From an uncultured Sulfurospirillum sp. (lineage in GTDB: Bacteria; Campylobacterota; Campylobacteria; Campylobacterales; Sulfurospirillaceae), in NCBI GenBank assembly GCA_964493845.1, contig CAZBPU010000002.1, positions 1-41,291 of the forward strand: a stretch of DNA of 41,291 nt, written 5' to 3'. Shown piece after piece: positions 1 through 8,152 of this stretch. Made by a program: the position numbers and the translations under genes. Position 1 is the first letter of the stretch. Each line of letters starts with the position of its first letter. The notes under the pieces are model-generated. The model was not told the origin of the DNA and searched no databases. It was given only the letters and a program-made list of their open reading frames with translations.

Positions 1-9
1 GTTAGCCAT
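1..9 (-). CDS. rpsT: 5' end (Met-Ala-Asn) of probable 30S ribosomal protein S20, running off the window edge
   Basis: Minus strand reads AAAGG (SD)-CTTAGCA-ATG GCT AAC, with TATAAT at 43-48. The MAN start and divergent position next to glmM fit rpsT, but only 3 codons are visible. Confidence 0.5.
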
Positions 10-42
10 TGCTAAGCCTTTCGTATTAAAATTTAGGCATTG

Positions 43-48
43 ATTATA
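43..48 (-). promoter_or_regulatory. sigma70 -10 box for the leftward gene
   Basis: Perfect TATAAT on the minus strand about 34 nt before the ATG at 9. Confidence 0.5.
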
Positions 49-131
49 CTGAAGATTTTATTAAACAAAGCTTATTTTAAGTAATATTTTATCGTTTTTT
101 TTACTTCTAGAGGCTTATTTAGGTCAAATTG

Positions 132-140
132 TGATATAAT
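132..140 (+). promoter_or_regulatory. extended -10 promoter of the glmM operon
   Basis: TG-A-TATAAT, a perfect TGnTATAAT. SD GGAG at 251-254. Confidence 0.65.
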
Positions 141-261
141 CTCAAAATAAAATAAAAATTATAATTTCTTTAGATGTAGCTAACGAAATAATAGAACTTT
201 ACTTCGTGCTTCAGTAAGAGGAATTTTTTAGAAATTTATTTTCTAAAAAAGGAGATATAAA

Positions 262-1605
262 ATGACTAAACTTTTTGGTACTGATGGAGTACGTGGAAGA
301 GCAGGAAAGAAACTAAATGCTATGAATGCCATGCGCTTAGCGATGGCAGCAGGAATCTACTTTCGTAAAAATTCAGTAAATAATAAAATAATAGTAGGAA
401 AAGATACAAGAAGAAGTGGTTATATGATAGAAAATGCCATTGTTTCAGGACTTACAGCAGTAGGTTATGATGTAAGGCAAATTGGACCTATGCCTACTCC
501 AGCGATTGCATTTTTAACTGAAGATCTTAGATGTGATGCTGGAATCATGATAAGTGCTTCACATAACCCATACTATGATAATGGAGTAAAGTTTTTTGAT
601 GCACAAGGCAATAAACTAAATGAAGAAGCAGAGTCAGAAATAGAGAAGATATTTTATAATGACAAATTAATAGAAGAGAATCAAAAAGAGGAGTTTGGAA
701 TAGGGCGTTCAAAACGTATAGATGACGTTATTGGTCGCTATATTGTACATATAAAGAACTCATTTCCAAAAAACTTAACACTTAGAGGTGTAAGAGTTGT
801 ACTAGATACTGCAAATGGAGCTGCTTATAAAGTAGCACCAACTATCTTTACTGAACTTGGTGCTGATGTAGTTTTGTTAAATGATAGCCCAAACGGTAGT
901 AATATCAATCTAAATTGTGGAGCACTTCATCCTGAAAATCTTGGAGAGCAAGTACGTAAATTAAGAGCTGATGTAGGTTTTGCCTTTGATGGAGATGCTG
1001 ATAGGCTTGTTGTTGTTGATGAAAATGGTAACGTGATTCATGGGGATAAGCTTCTTGGCTCATTGAGTGTTTTTCTAAAAGAACAGGGAGTTCTAGAAAA
1101 AAATGGTTCAGTTGCTACTGTTATGAGTAATCAAGCACTTGAAGACTATTTAAATGAAAATGGTATAGAACTTCACCGTTGTAATGTAGGTGATAAATAT
1201 GTTCTTGAAACTTTTGGAAAAAAAGGATTAAATTTTGGTGGAGAGCAGAGTGGACATATTATACTTGCAGATTTTGCAAAAACTGGTGATGCACTCGTAG
1301 CTGCGCTTGCAGTAATGGCAAATATACTAACAAAAAAAGAGCCCGTTAGTAAGCTTTTAAATCCTTTTGAACTCTATCCACAGCACCAGAAAAACTTATC
1401 TATAGGTAAAAAAATACCGCTTAAAGACATAGAGGGTTATGATAAGTTAGTTAGTAAGATAGAAAAACAAAATATAAGAGTTCTTATTCGTTACTCAGGA
1501 ACTGAAAACCTTCTACGTATACTTTTAGAAGGTAGAGATGAAGATAAATTAGCTCAAATGATGGAAGAGGTAACGAGTCTTCTTCAAAGTAGGTTGAATG
1601 GTTAA
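262..1605 (+). CDS. glmM: phosphoglucosamine mutase
   Basis: [10 protein letters not shown]-terminus, SASHNP phosphoserine motif, FDGDADR metal loop, GEQSGH, RYSGTE. Confidence 0.97.
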   Translation: MTKLFGTDGVRGRAGKKLNAMNAMRLAMAAGIYFRKNSVNNKIIVGKDTRRSGYMIENAIVSGLTAVGYDVRQIGPMPTPAIAFLTEDLRCDAGIMISASHNPYYDNGVKFFDAQGNKLNEEAESEIEKIFYNDKLIEENQKEEFGIGRSKRIDDVIGRYIVHIKNSFPKNLTLRGVRVVLDTANGAAYKVAPTIFTELGADVVLLNDSPNGSNINLNCGALHPENLGEQVRKLRADVGFAFDGDADRLVVVDENGNVIHGDKLLGSLSVFLKEQGVLEKNGSVATVMSNQALEDYLNENGIELHRCNVGDKYVLETFGKKGLNFGGEQSGHIILADFAKTGDALVAALAVMANILTKKEPVSKLLNPFELYPQHQKNLSIGKKIPLKDIEGYDKLVSKIEKQNIRVLIRYSGTENLLRILLEGRDEDKLAQMMEEVTSLLQSRLNG

Positions 1606-2050
1606 GTATTTAATCGTATTTATACTCTCTTTTACTGGGGTTTTCATAATAGACCAAAATTTAAAAACTATTTTTTTAGAAGGTTTTAGATGGTATGGAG
1701 ACTACTTCTCACTCATTCTTACTTATAATAAGGGCGTTGCTTTCTCAATGCTCTCTTTTTTAGATGGTAATCTAAAGTATATTCAAATAGTTTTACTTTT
1801 TAGTATATTTTTATACTTAGTTTTAAATAAAGATATATTAAAAAAATATGCACTTCCTGCTGGAATAATTTTAGGAGCAGGTTTCAGTAATGTTTATGAT
1901 AGGTTTGTTCATGGTGGGGTAGTTGACTATCTTTATTGGCACAAATGGTTTAGTTTCGCAGTATTTAATTTTGCAGATGTTATGATAAATGTAGCAGTTA
2001 TTTTAATTCTGCTTTTTTCTTTTAAAAAAGACGATAAGGTAAAAAAATGA
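1598..2050 (+). CDS. lspA: lipoprotein signal peptidase II
   Basis: DQ..K, NKGVAFS, NVYDR, GVVDY and FNFAD motifs, with TM segments. Confidence 0.95.
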   Translation: MVKYLIVFILSFTGVFIIDQNLKTIFLEGFRWYGDYFSLILTYNKGVAFSMLSFLDGNLKYIQIVLLFSIFLYLVLNKDILKKYALPAGIILGAGFSNVYDRFVHGGVVDYLYWHKWFSFAVFNFADVMINVAVILILLFSFKKDDKVKK

Positions 2051-2979
2051 AAATAGTATTTTTAGATGCAAAAACAGTAGGGAATGATGTTAATTTAGAT
2101 GCTTTTAAAGATTTTGGGGAGTTTATAACTTATCCAACTACTACAAAAGCACAAATTTTAGAACATATTGGTAATGCTCAGATAATTTTAACTAATAAAG
2201 TTGTGATTGATAGTGAGACTATAGACAAATCACCTCAATTAAGACTTATTTGTATTACTGCGACGGGAATGAATAATGTTGATTTAGATTATGCAAAGAA
2301 AAAAGGCATTGAAGTTAAAAATGCGGCTGGATACTCCACTGCTTCAGTTACTCAAACTACTTTTACTTTAGCACTTTACCTTTTAGCACAAAGTAAATTT
2401 TATGATGAGTTTGTTAGTAGTGGTGAGTGGAGTAGAAGTGGACTTTTTACAAATGTTGAACGTCCATATAGTGAGATAAAAGGAAAGAAGTGGGGTATTA
2501 TCGGTTTTGGAACTATTGGTAAGAGTGTAGCAAAAGTGGCAGATGCTTTTGGTGCAAATGTTAGTTACTACTCTACAAGTGGAGCAAATAACGATAGTAC
2601 TTATACACGCAAAGAACTTGATGAGATGTTAAAAGAGTGTGATATCATTTCTATTCATGCGCCTTTAAATGAAAAAACAAATGGGCTTATAAAAAAAGAG
2701 CAGTTAAGTCTCATGAAAAAAGGTACAATTTTACTAAACCTTGGTCGTGGTGGTATAGTAGATGAAACTGATTTAGCATATGCTGTAGATAATAACAGTA
2801 TTTTAGCAGGATTAGATGTTACCGTGACTGAACCAATAGAGGAAGATAATCCTCTTCTACATGTAAAGAAAAAAGACAATCTTTTTATCACTCCTCATAT
2901 AGCTTGGGCGAGTTATGAAGCTAGAGTAGAGCTTATGAAAATTGTAGCAAATAATATTAAAAGCTTTTTAAAGAACTGA
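2047..2979 (+). CDS. D-2-hydroxyacid dehydrogenase (glycerate dehydrogenase-like)
   Basis: GIIGFGTIG NAD-binding motif, NLGRGG, LDV..EP and TPHIAW catalytic motifs. Confidence 0.92.
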   Translation: MKIVFLDAKTVGNDVNLDAFKDFGEFITYPTTTKAQILEHIGNAQIILTNKVVIDSETIDKSPQLRLICITATGMNNVDLDYAKKKGIEVKNAAGYSTASVTQTTFTLALYLLAQSKFYDEFVSSGEWSRSGLFTNVERPYSEIKGKKWGIIGFGTIGKSVAKVADAFGANVSYYSTSGANNDSTYTRKELDEMLKECDIISIHAPLNEKTNGLIKKEQLSLMKKGTILLNLGRGGIVDETDLAYAVDNNSILAGLDVTVTEPIEEDNPLLHVKKKDNLFITPHIAWASYEARVELMKIVANNIKSFLKN

Positions 2980-4523
2980 TGTACGATATACTTATAGTAG
3001 GAAGTGGTGGAGCAGGTCTTAGCTGTGCTTTAGAAGCTAAAAAGAGAGGTGAAAAAGTAGCAGTAGTTTGCCAATCTAGTCCAACGAGTGCTGCCACTTG
3101 CATGGCACAAGGTGGACTTAATGGTGTTATTTATGAAGACGATGGCGACTCTGTCTCTTTACATGTAGAAGATACCTTAAAAGGCGGAGCAAGACTAGCT
3201 GATAAAATGATGGTATCACTTATGTGTCAAGGTGCAAAAGAGGATATACTTTGGTTGGATTCAATAGGTATGCCCTTTTCAAGAAATAAAAGCAGGATTG
3301 CACAGAGAAAATTTGGTGCGGCTAGTAAAGATAGAACTACATACTCCCAAGACTATACAGGATTAAAACTTCTTCATACACTTTATGACAACTGTTTAAA
3401 AGAGAATATAGAGTTTATTGATAATACTTTTGTAGTAGATTTGATTGTGAAAGAGTCTACATGTAGAGGTGTAGTTGTTTTAAAAAATGATGAAGTAGAA
3501 ACTATAGAGAGTAAATCTGTAGTCCTTGCTACTGGTGGATATGCAGGAATATATCATGGATATACAACCAATGCAATAGAATCAACTGGTGATGGAGTTG
3601 CTATGGCATTTAGAGCAGGAGCAGTACTAAGTGACATGGAGTTTGTACAATTTCATCCAACTTCTTTAAAAGGGAGTTCTGTTTTAGTAAGTGAGAGTGC
3701 AAGAGGTGCTGGGGGTTTTTTGGTAAATGATAAGGGTGAAAGATTTATAGATGAGCTTATGACTCGCGATGAGGTAAGTCGTGCAGTATTTTTGCAAATT
3801 CAAAAAGGCAATAAAATTTTTTTAGATATACGTCATCTTGGAGATGAGTTTATAAGTAAAAATTTACCTCAAGAGAAAAAACTGATTCATATACATCAAA
3901 ATTTAGACCCAAGCAAGGACTTGATTCCTATAACTCCAGCAGCTCACTATAGTATGGGTGGGATTGATGTAGATGAAAATTTACAAACTTCTATAAAAGG
4001 TCTTTATGCTATTGGAGAGTGTTCAAATACAAAAGTACATGGTGCCAATAGATTAGGAGGAAATTCTCTGTTGGAGATTATCCATTTTGGTAGAAGTGTG
4101 ATTGAAAAGATAGAAAAAACTTCTTTACATGTAGAGTTAGAAACATATAAAATAGAAGCAAAAAATACAATAGAAAAACTAATAAGTGAAAAAAATAGTG
4201 ATGCTTTTTTTAAACTAAGAGATAGACTCGGAAATAAGCTCTTTCAAAAAGCTGGTATTTTTAGAGATAAAAGTGGACTTGAAGAGTTGTTGAAAAGTAT
4301 TGATGAGATTAAGATAGATTTTGAAAAACTAACTTTAAGGGATAAAACTTTATTGATTTCTCATCTAAAATTTAAAAACTCTTTAACAGTAGCTAAAGCT
4401 TTGGTTGTGAGTGCTTTACAAAGAGAAGAGAGTAGAGGAGCTCACTACAGAAACGACTTTGCAGAACAAAAGAGTAAAGCAGAGCACTCGTACATAGATA
4501 ATACGTATAGGCAAAAAAGATGA
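2979..4523 (+). CDS. succinate dehydrogenase/fumarate reductase flavoprotein-like subunit (cytoplasmic, probably non-covalent FAD)
   Basis: GSGGAG, AQGG, LATGG, STGDG, QFHPT, HYSMGG, HGANRLGGNSL and ESRGAH motifs. No signal peptide. Confidence 0.88.
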   Translation: MYDILIVGSGGAGLSCALEAKKRGEKVAVVCQSSPTSAATCMAQGGLNGVIYEDDGDSVSLHVEDTLKGGARLADKMMVSLMCQGAKEDILWLDSIGMPFSRNKSRIAQRKFGAASKDRTTYSQDYTGLKLLHTLYDNCLKENIEFIDNTFVVDLIVKESTCRGVVVLKNDEVETIESKSVVLATGGYAGIYHGYTTNAIESTGDGVAMAFRAGAVLSDMEFVQFHPTSLKGSSVLVSESARGAGGFLVNDKGERFIDELMTRDEVSRAVFLQIQKGNKIFLDIRHLGDEFISKNLPQEKKLIHIHQNLDPSKDLIPITPAAHYSMGGIDVDENLQTSIKGLYAIGECSNTKVHGANRLGGNSLLEIIHFGRSVIEKIEKTSLHVELETYKIEAKNTIEKLISEKNSDAFFKLRDRLGNKLFQKAGIFRDKSGLEELLKSIDEIKIDFEKLTLRDKTLLISHLKFKNSLTVAKALVVSALQREESRGAHYRNDFAEQKSKAEHSYIDNTYRQKR

Positions 4524-5176
4524 AGATAGTTGTCCAAAACAGTACCTATGAAGTACCCTTAAAAGAAGTCACACTCTTAAGTGCATTGATATATATACGT
4601 GAAAATATAGATTCAACTCTTAAATTTGGTTACAACTGTAAGAGTGGAGTTTGTGGAAGCTGTTCTTTACGAGTCAATAATCAAGAGACTCTCTCTTGTG
4701 AATATAAAGTACAAGATGGCGATATAGTTGAGCCATTACTATATAAAACAAGTGTGCAAAACCGTCTTAAAAGAGTAGAGAGTTGGTTACATGTAAAGAG
4801 CCAAAAACAGATGGGTGAGGCTAGTGAAGAGAAGATTGAGAGACAGAGTGACTGTATACTATGTAGTTCTTGTTTTTCTGCTTGTCCAGTTTTGCATGTA
4901 AAGCCAGACTTTCTTGGTCCGTATGCACTTACTCGTGCCTGGAGATATACAGTAGATATAAGAGAAGAAGATAAAAAAGGTTTTGTTGATAGAGTACAAA
5001 ATGAAGGTATTTGGGATTGTACGCTCTGTGGAGAGTGTACTTTGGCTTGTCCTGTTGGAATTGATCCAAAAGCTGATATTCTTCATTTGAGAACAAAAAG
5101 CATGCAGATGGGGTATTTTGATCCTACTCCACAGCCAGATTTTCATGATGATTTTGGATTTAATCCAAATTTTTAG
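4520..5176 (+). CDS. SdhB/FrdB-like iron-sulfur subunit
   Basis: CKSGVCGSC..C 2Fe-2S motif, CILCSSCFSACP and CTLCGECTLACP motifs. ATGA overlap with the flavoprotein gene. Confidence 0.9.
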   Translation: MKIVVQNSTYEVPLKEVTLLSALIYIRENIDSTLKFGYNCKSGVCGSCSLRVNNQETLSCEYKVQDGDIVEPLLYKTSVQNRLKRVESWLHVKSQKQMGEASEEKIERQSDCILCSSCFSACPVLHVKPDFLGPYALTRAWRYTVDIREEDKKGFVDRVQNEGIWDCTLCGECTLACPVGIDPKADILHLRTKSMQMGYFDPTPQPDFHDDFGFNPNF

Positions 5177-5192
5177 TAGTTGTTTATAGGGT

Positions 5193-5225
5193 TTAACGAT
5201 ACGTTAACATTGTTTTTTATATACT
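5193..5225 (+). promoter_or_regulatory. direct-repeat operator TTAAC-N6-TTAAC plus -10 box TATACT of the response regulator
   Basis: TTAAC at 5193 and 5204 (11-bp period), TATACT at 5220-5225. Confidence 0.6.
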
Positions 5226-5231
5226 TAAACT

Positions 5232-5885
5232 ATGTCAAAAATACTATTATTAGAAGACGATGATGTCTTATCTGAAACATTGGTTGAATTGTTAGAGAGT
5301 GAAGGCTTTGAAGTTTTACATGTAGGTGATGGAGAGATGGCTCTTGATGCTACCTTTGTTAGTAGTTTTGATTTGATGTTATTTGATGTAAATGTACCAT
5401 TTATTAATGGTTTTGAGCTTTTAAAAAATTTAAGAGATAGTGGAGATATGACTCCAACTATACTTATTACTGCACTTACTGATATTGCTTCATTATCACA
5501 AGGATTTGAGATAGGTGCAGATGATTATATAAAAAAACCATTTGATTTTGATGAACTTTTGATTAGAATAAAAGCACTTTTAAAAAAACAGTATCATACA
5601 TATGCAAATGAAGTAAGAGTGGATAATTTTCGTTTTGTTATTGAAAAAGATGAGCTTTATTTAGATGCAAATTTTATATCTTTACCTCCTTATGAGTTGC
5701 ATATTACAAGACTTTTTTTTAAAAATTTAAATAAGACTTTATCAAAAGAGCTATTGTTAAATATGCTTAGTGAAGGTAGTGAAACTAGTGAAGGGGCTCT
5801 TCGTGTACATATAAATAAGCTTAGAAAAATAGGTTTACCTATTAGTACAGTTAAGGGCATAGGATATCGTCTTGCTTCATCATGA
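5232..5885 (+). CDS. OmpR/PhoB-family response regulator
   Basis: LLLEDD, phosphoacceptor in FDVNVP, GADDYIKKPF, winged-helix end LRVHINKLRK...TVKGIGY. Confidence 0.95.
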   Translation: MSKILLLEDDDVLSETLVELLESEGFEVLHVGDGEMALDATFVSSFDLMLFDVNVPFINGFELLKNLRDSGDMTPTILITALTDIASLSQGFEIGADDYIKKPFDFDELLIRIKALLKKQYHTYANEVRVDNFRFVIEKDELYLDANFISLPPYELHITRLFFKNLNKTLSKELLLNMLSEGSETSEGALRVHINKLRKIGLPISTVKGIGYRLASS

Positions 5886-6936
5886 GAGAAGAGCTTTTTT
5901 AGAGTTTTTTTTAATCTACTTTTTAAGTGTATCTTTTTTGATACTGGCTTCAGGGTTTTTCTATTTTGCACAGATGAAAAATCAGTATCTTAAAGCTGAA
6001 GAGTTTTCACTGATTGAATATGCAAGACAACTAAAAATGGGAAGTGATTTAAGTAAATTTGATAAGCAATACAAATCTGTTTTTTCAGATAAAATTCATA
6101 AGCACATAGATATAAAAAACTTCACGATAAATCAGAATTTTTTTATGAAATATATTCCACAAAATAAAAAAGAAAACTATTTTCAAGTTTTTAAATCAAC
6201 TAATAGTTTTAATCAAAAACTTTTTATGTTAAAAGTAAAAATAGCTTTAGTTCAGTTAGGATTGTTTCTTTTGTTTGGTTTTATTAGTTATAAATTAGCT
6301 AAAAATGCTCTTTTACCTTTAGAAGAGAGTATAAATACACTTGATAAGTTTGCAAAAGACTTGATTCATGATTTAAATACACCAGTAACTTCTATAAAAT
6401 TAAATATGAAACTTTTAAAGAAGGACCCATATTTTGGAGAGAATAAGGCTTTACAAAGATTAGATAAAAGTGCACATACTATATCAGAGTTGCATGAAAA
6501 CCTTACAATACTTTTACAAGAAGAGACTTTTCAAATACAAGAGGTCAATATACTAGATATAGCAAAAGAGGTAGTACAGACTCAAAAACAGATATATCCT
6601 AATCTTGATTTTGTAATTGAAGATACTGTATTGAAAGTAAAGATAAATTCAAATGCAATGAAGCAAATTTTACAAAATATAGTCTCAAATGCTTGTAAAT
6701 ATAATAGAAAAAATGGCTTTGTCAGAATATATACAAAAGAGTCTAAACTTTATATAGAAGACAATGGAAAAGGTATAAAAAATCCACAAAAGATTTTTGA
6801 ACGCTCTTTTAGTGAAAAAAATAGTACGGGAATAGGGTTAGATATAGTTAAGAGGTTGGCAAGATCAATGAATATTGATATAAAAGTACAATCTAATCAA
6901 AATGGAAGTATATTTATCTTAGATTTTAAAGTATAG
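5872..6936 (+). CDS. membrane sensor histidine kinase
   Basis: Two TM helices flanking a small periplasmic domain, H-box HDLNTP, N-box NIVSNACKY, G1 DNGKGI, G2 GIGLDI. Overlaps the regulator gene. Confidence 0.93.
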   Translation: MLHHERRAFLEFFLIYFLSVSFLILASGFFYFAQMKNQYLKAEEFSLIEYARQLKMGSDLSKFDKQYKSVFSDKIHKHIDIKNFTINQNFFMKYIPQNKKENYFQVFKSTNSFNQKLFMLKVKIALVQLGLFLLFGFISYKLAKNALLPLEESINTLDKFAKDLIHDLNTPVTSIKLNMKLLKKDPYFGENKALQRLDKSAHTISELHENLTILLQEETFQIQEVNILDIAKEVVQTQKQIYPNLDFVIEDTVLKVKINSNAMKQILQNIVSNACKYNRKNGFVRIYTKESKLYIEDNGKGIKNPQKIFERSFSEKNSTGIGLDIVKRLARSMNIDIKVQSNQNGSIFILDFKV

Positions 6937-6984
6937 AAAAAGTCGTATAACTACTTAAAGTGTTATGCGACTTTGTATTGGATA

Positions 6985-7353
6985 TTATCCTCTTCCACCC
7001 ATGCCGCCACCTGAGCCCATACCACCGCCTGAGCCCATGCCGCCACCTGAGCCCATACCACCGCCTGAGCCCATGCCGCCACCAGTTGATTCTCCAGTGT
7101 TACCTAGGCCTGTTCCATCTTGTGGAGCTGTTCCTGTCATATCTCCAAAGCCTTTTGGTTCTATTCCAAGAGCTTTTTTTTCTTCCACTGTCATTGTACT
7201 TACTCTACTTTGTAGCTCTTCTTTAAAAGCATCTCTCTCATCTACCGCTATTGTACCTCTTGCAGCAACTAGCTCTTCAGCAGTCATTACTGTAAAGTCA
7301 GTAGCATTTAACACTCCTGCAGCTAGTATCGCTGCTAAAACTAATCTTTTCAT
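6985..7353 (-). CDS. exported DUF1104-like protein with Gly/Met-rich tail
   Basis: Sec signal peptide (LNA-TDF), DF..M..EEL...RG and MT.EEK pattern, SD AGGAG, C-terminal GGGMGS repeats. Confidence 0.75.
   Translation of the reverse strand: MKRLVLAAILAAGVLNATDFTVMTAEELVAARGTIAVDERDAFKEELQSRVSTMTVEEKKALGIEPKGFGDMTGTAPQDGTGLGNTGESTGGGMGSGGGMGSGGGMGSGGGMGSGGGMGGRG
6998..7083. repeat. 18-bp tandem repeat (about 4.8 copies) with an exact 36-bp higher-order period
   Basis: cccatgccgccacctgag and cccataccaccgcctgag alternate A-B-A-B-A'. Encodes GGGMGS on the minus strand. Confidence 0.95.
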
Positions 7354-7384
7354 TTCTTTCTCCTAATGTTTAATTTGTATTGAA

Positions 7385-7416
7385 ATTATGACAAAGAAGT
7401 GTTACCTAAGTGTTAC
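7385..7416 (-). promoter_or_regulatory. direct-repeat operator GTAACACTT-AG-GTAACACTT plus extended -10 TG-T-CATAAT
   Basis: Exact 9-bp repeat at 7397-7405 and 7408-7416 (11-bp period). -10 box at 7385-7390. Confidence 0.65.
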
Positions 7417-8006
7417 TAACATTTAATTTCTATAACTTTATCTGCATTTTCAAGTACAGTTTTTACCATGTCTTGAAAACGAGTAGGAAATGTTTTTTTA
7501 TCTTCTTCTGTAGCATTTTCTCCAATAGCACTCATAAGGATTGCCATAGGATTTACTATTTTGCTTGGACGATAGTTTATTCCTACTTGTCTGTTTGTGT
7601 CAATTCTAGTAAATCTTACATCAGTATTTATATCTGCATTATAAAATAGAAGGTTTCTTCTATTAAACTTTCCTGTAGGAATTCCTCCAAAACCATAGTT
7701 TGTTGTAGCACCTGTTATATTTGATAATACACATCCAATTACACCAGCATTATCATCTTCAGGTGCTTTTTTTATTTCTATTTTTATTTCACCTCTTTTT
7801 GGGATCTCTTCACCATATAGTGCTTTAAGACCTTTTAGTGCTATAAGATAAGCTCCAGCAACAGTACCACAGCTATGGCCAGCAGTTTTTACTATGTCTG
7901 CATAACCAAACTCTATAATCCCATTTTCATTGACCCCTAAAAATTTTGCCAATTCATCTTCTAATACAATTTTTTCTACATTATCAAAAAATGATAAATA
8001 TTTCAT
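7416..8006 (-). CDS. FmdE-like (formylmethanofuran dehydrogenase subunit E fold) putative metal-binding protein
   Basis: GHSCGTVAGAY resembles the FmdE HxC motif, followed by ITGA and RTD-like (RIDT) features. I moved the start from 8039 to ATG 8006 because an AAGGA SD precedes it and the predicted -10 box lies at 8030-8035. Confidence 0.6.
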   Translation of the reverse strand: MKYLSFFDNVEKIVLEDELAKFLGVNENGIIEFGYADIVKTAGHSCGTVAGAYLIALKGLKALYGEEIPKRGEIKIEIKKAPEDDNAGVIGCVLSNITGATTNYGFGGIPTGKFNRRNLLFYNADINTDVRFTRIDTNRQVGINYRPSKIVNPMAILMSAIGENATEEDKKTFPTRFQDMVKTVLENADKVIEIKC

Positions 8007-8029
8007 AAGTAATCCTTCGTTTTTTTGAA

Positions 8030-8100
8030 ATAATATCATCTTGGCATTAAGGAATCGTTAACAGAACCTTAACGATAAACTAATAAAGATATGGCATAAT
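8030..8100. promoter_or_regulatory. divergent promoter pair sharing an 11-bp-periodic TTAA(C/G) array
   Basis: TTAAG 8047, TTAAC 8058, TTAAC 8069, CTAAT 8080. TG-G-CATAAT (+, 8092-8100) and TG-A-TATTAT (-, 8030-8038). Confidence 0.6.
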
Positions 8101-8152
8101 CATAATAAATAGACTTATTGCGTAACAAGTCTAATAAATTAACGGAGCATTT

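Noticed and set aside
2979-4523. L-aspartate oxidase nadB
   Set aside because: Size and the missing His would fit, but the gene is translationally coupled to an Fe-S B subunit and no nadA/nadC is adjacent. Disfavoured, not fully excluded.
6998-7083. Repeat as a mini CRISPR array
   Set aside because: Units are contiguous with no unique spacers, they are in-frame coding, and no cas genes are present.
6960-7366. Plus-strand ORFs with PPPEPM and HLSP repeats (TonB-like appearance)
   Set aside because: Antisense shadows of the GGGMGS repeat. The minus-strand gene has the SD, signal peptide and promoter.
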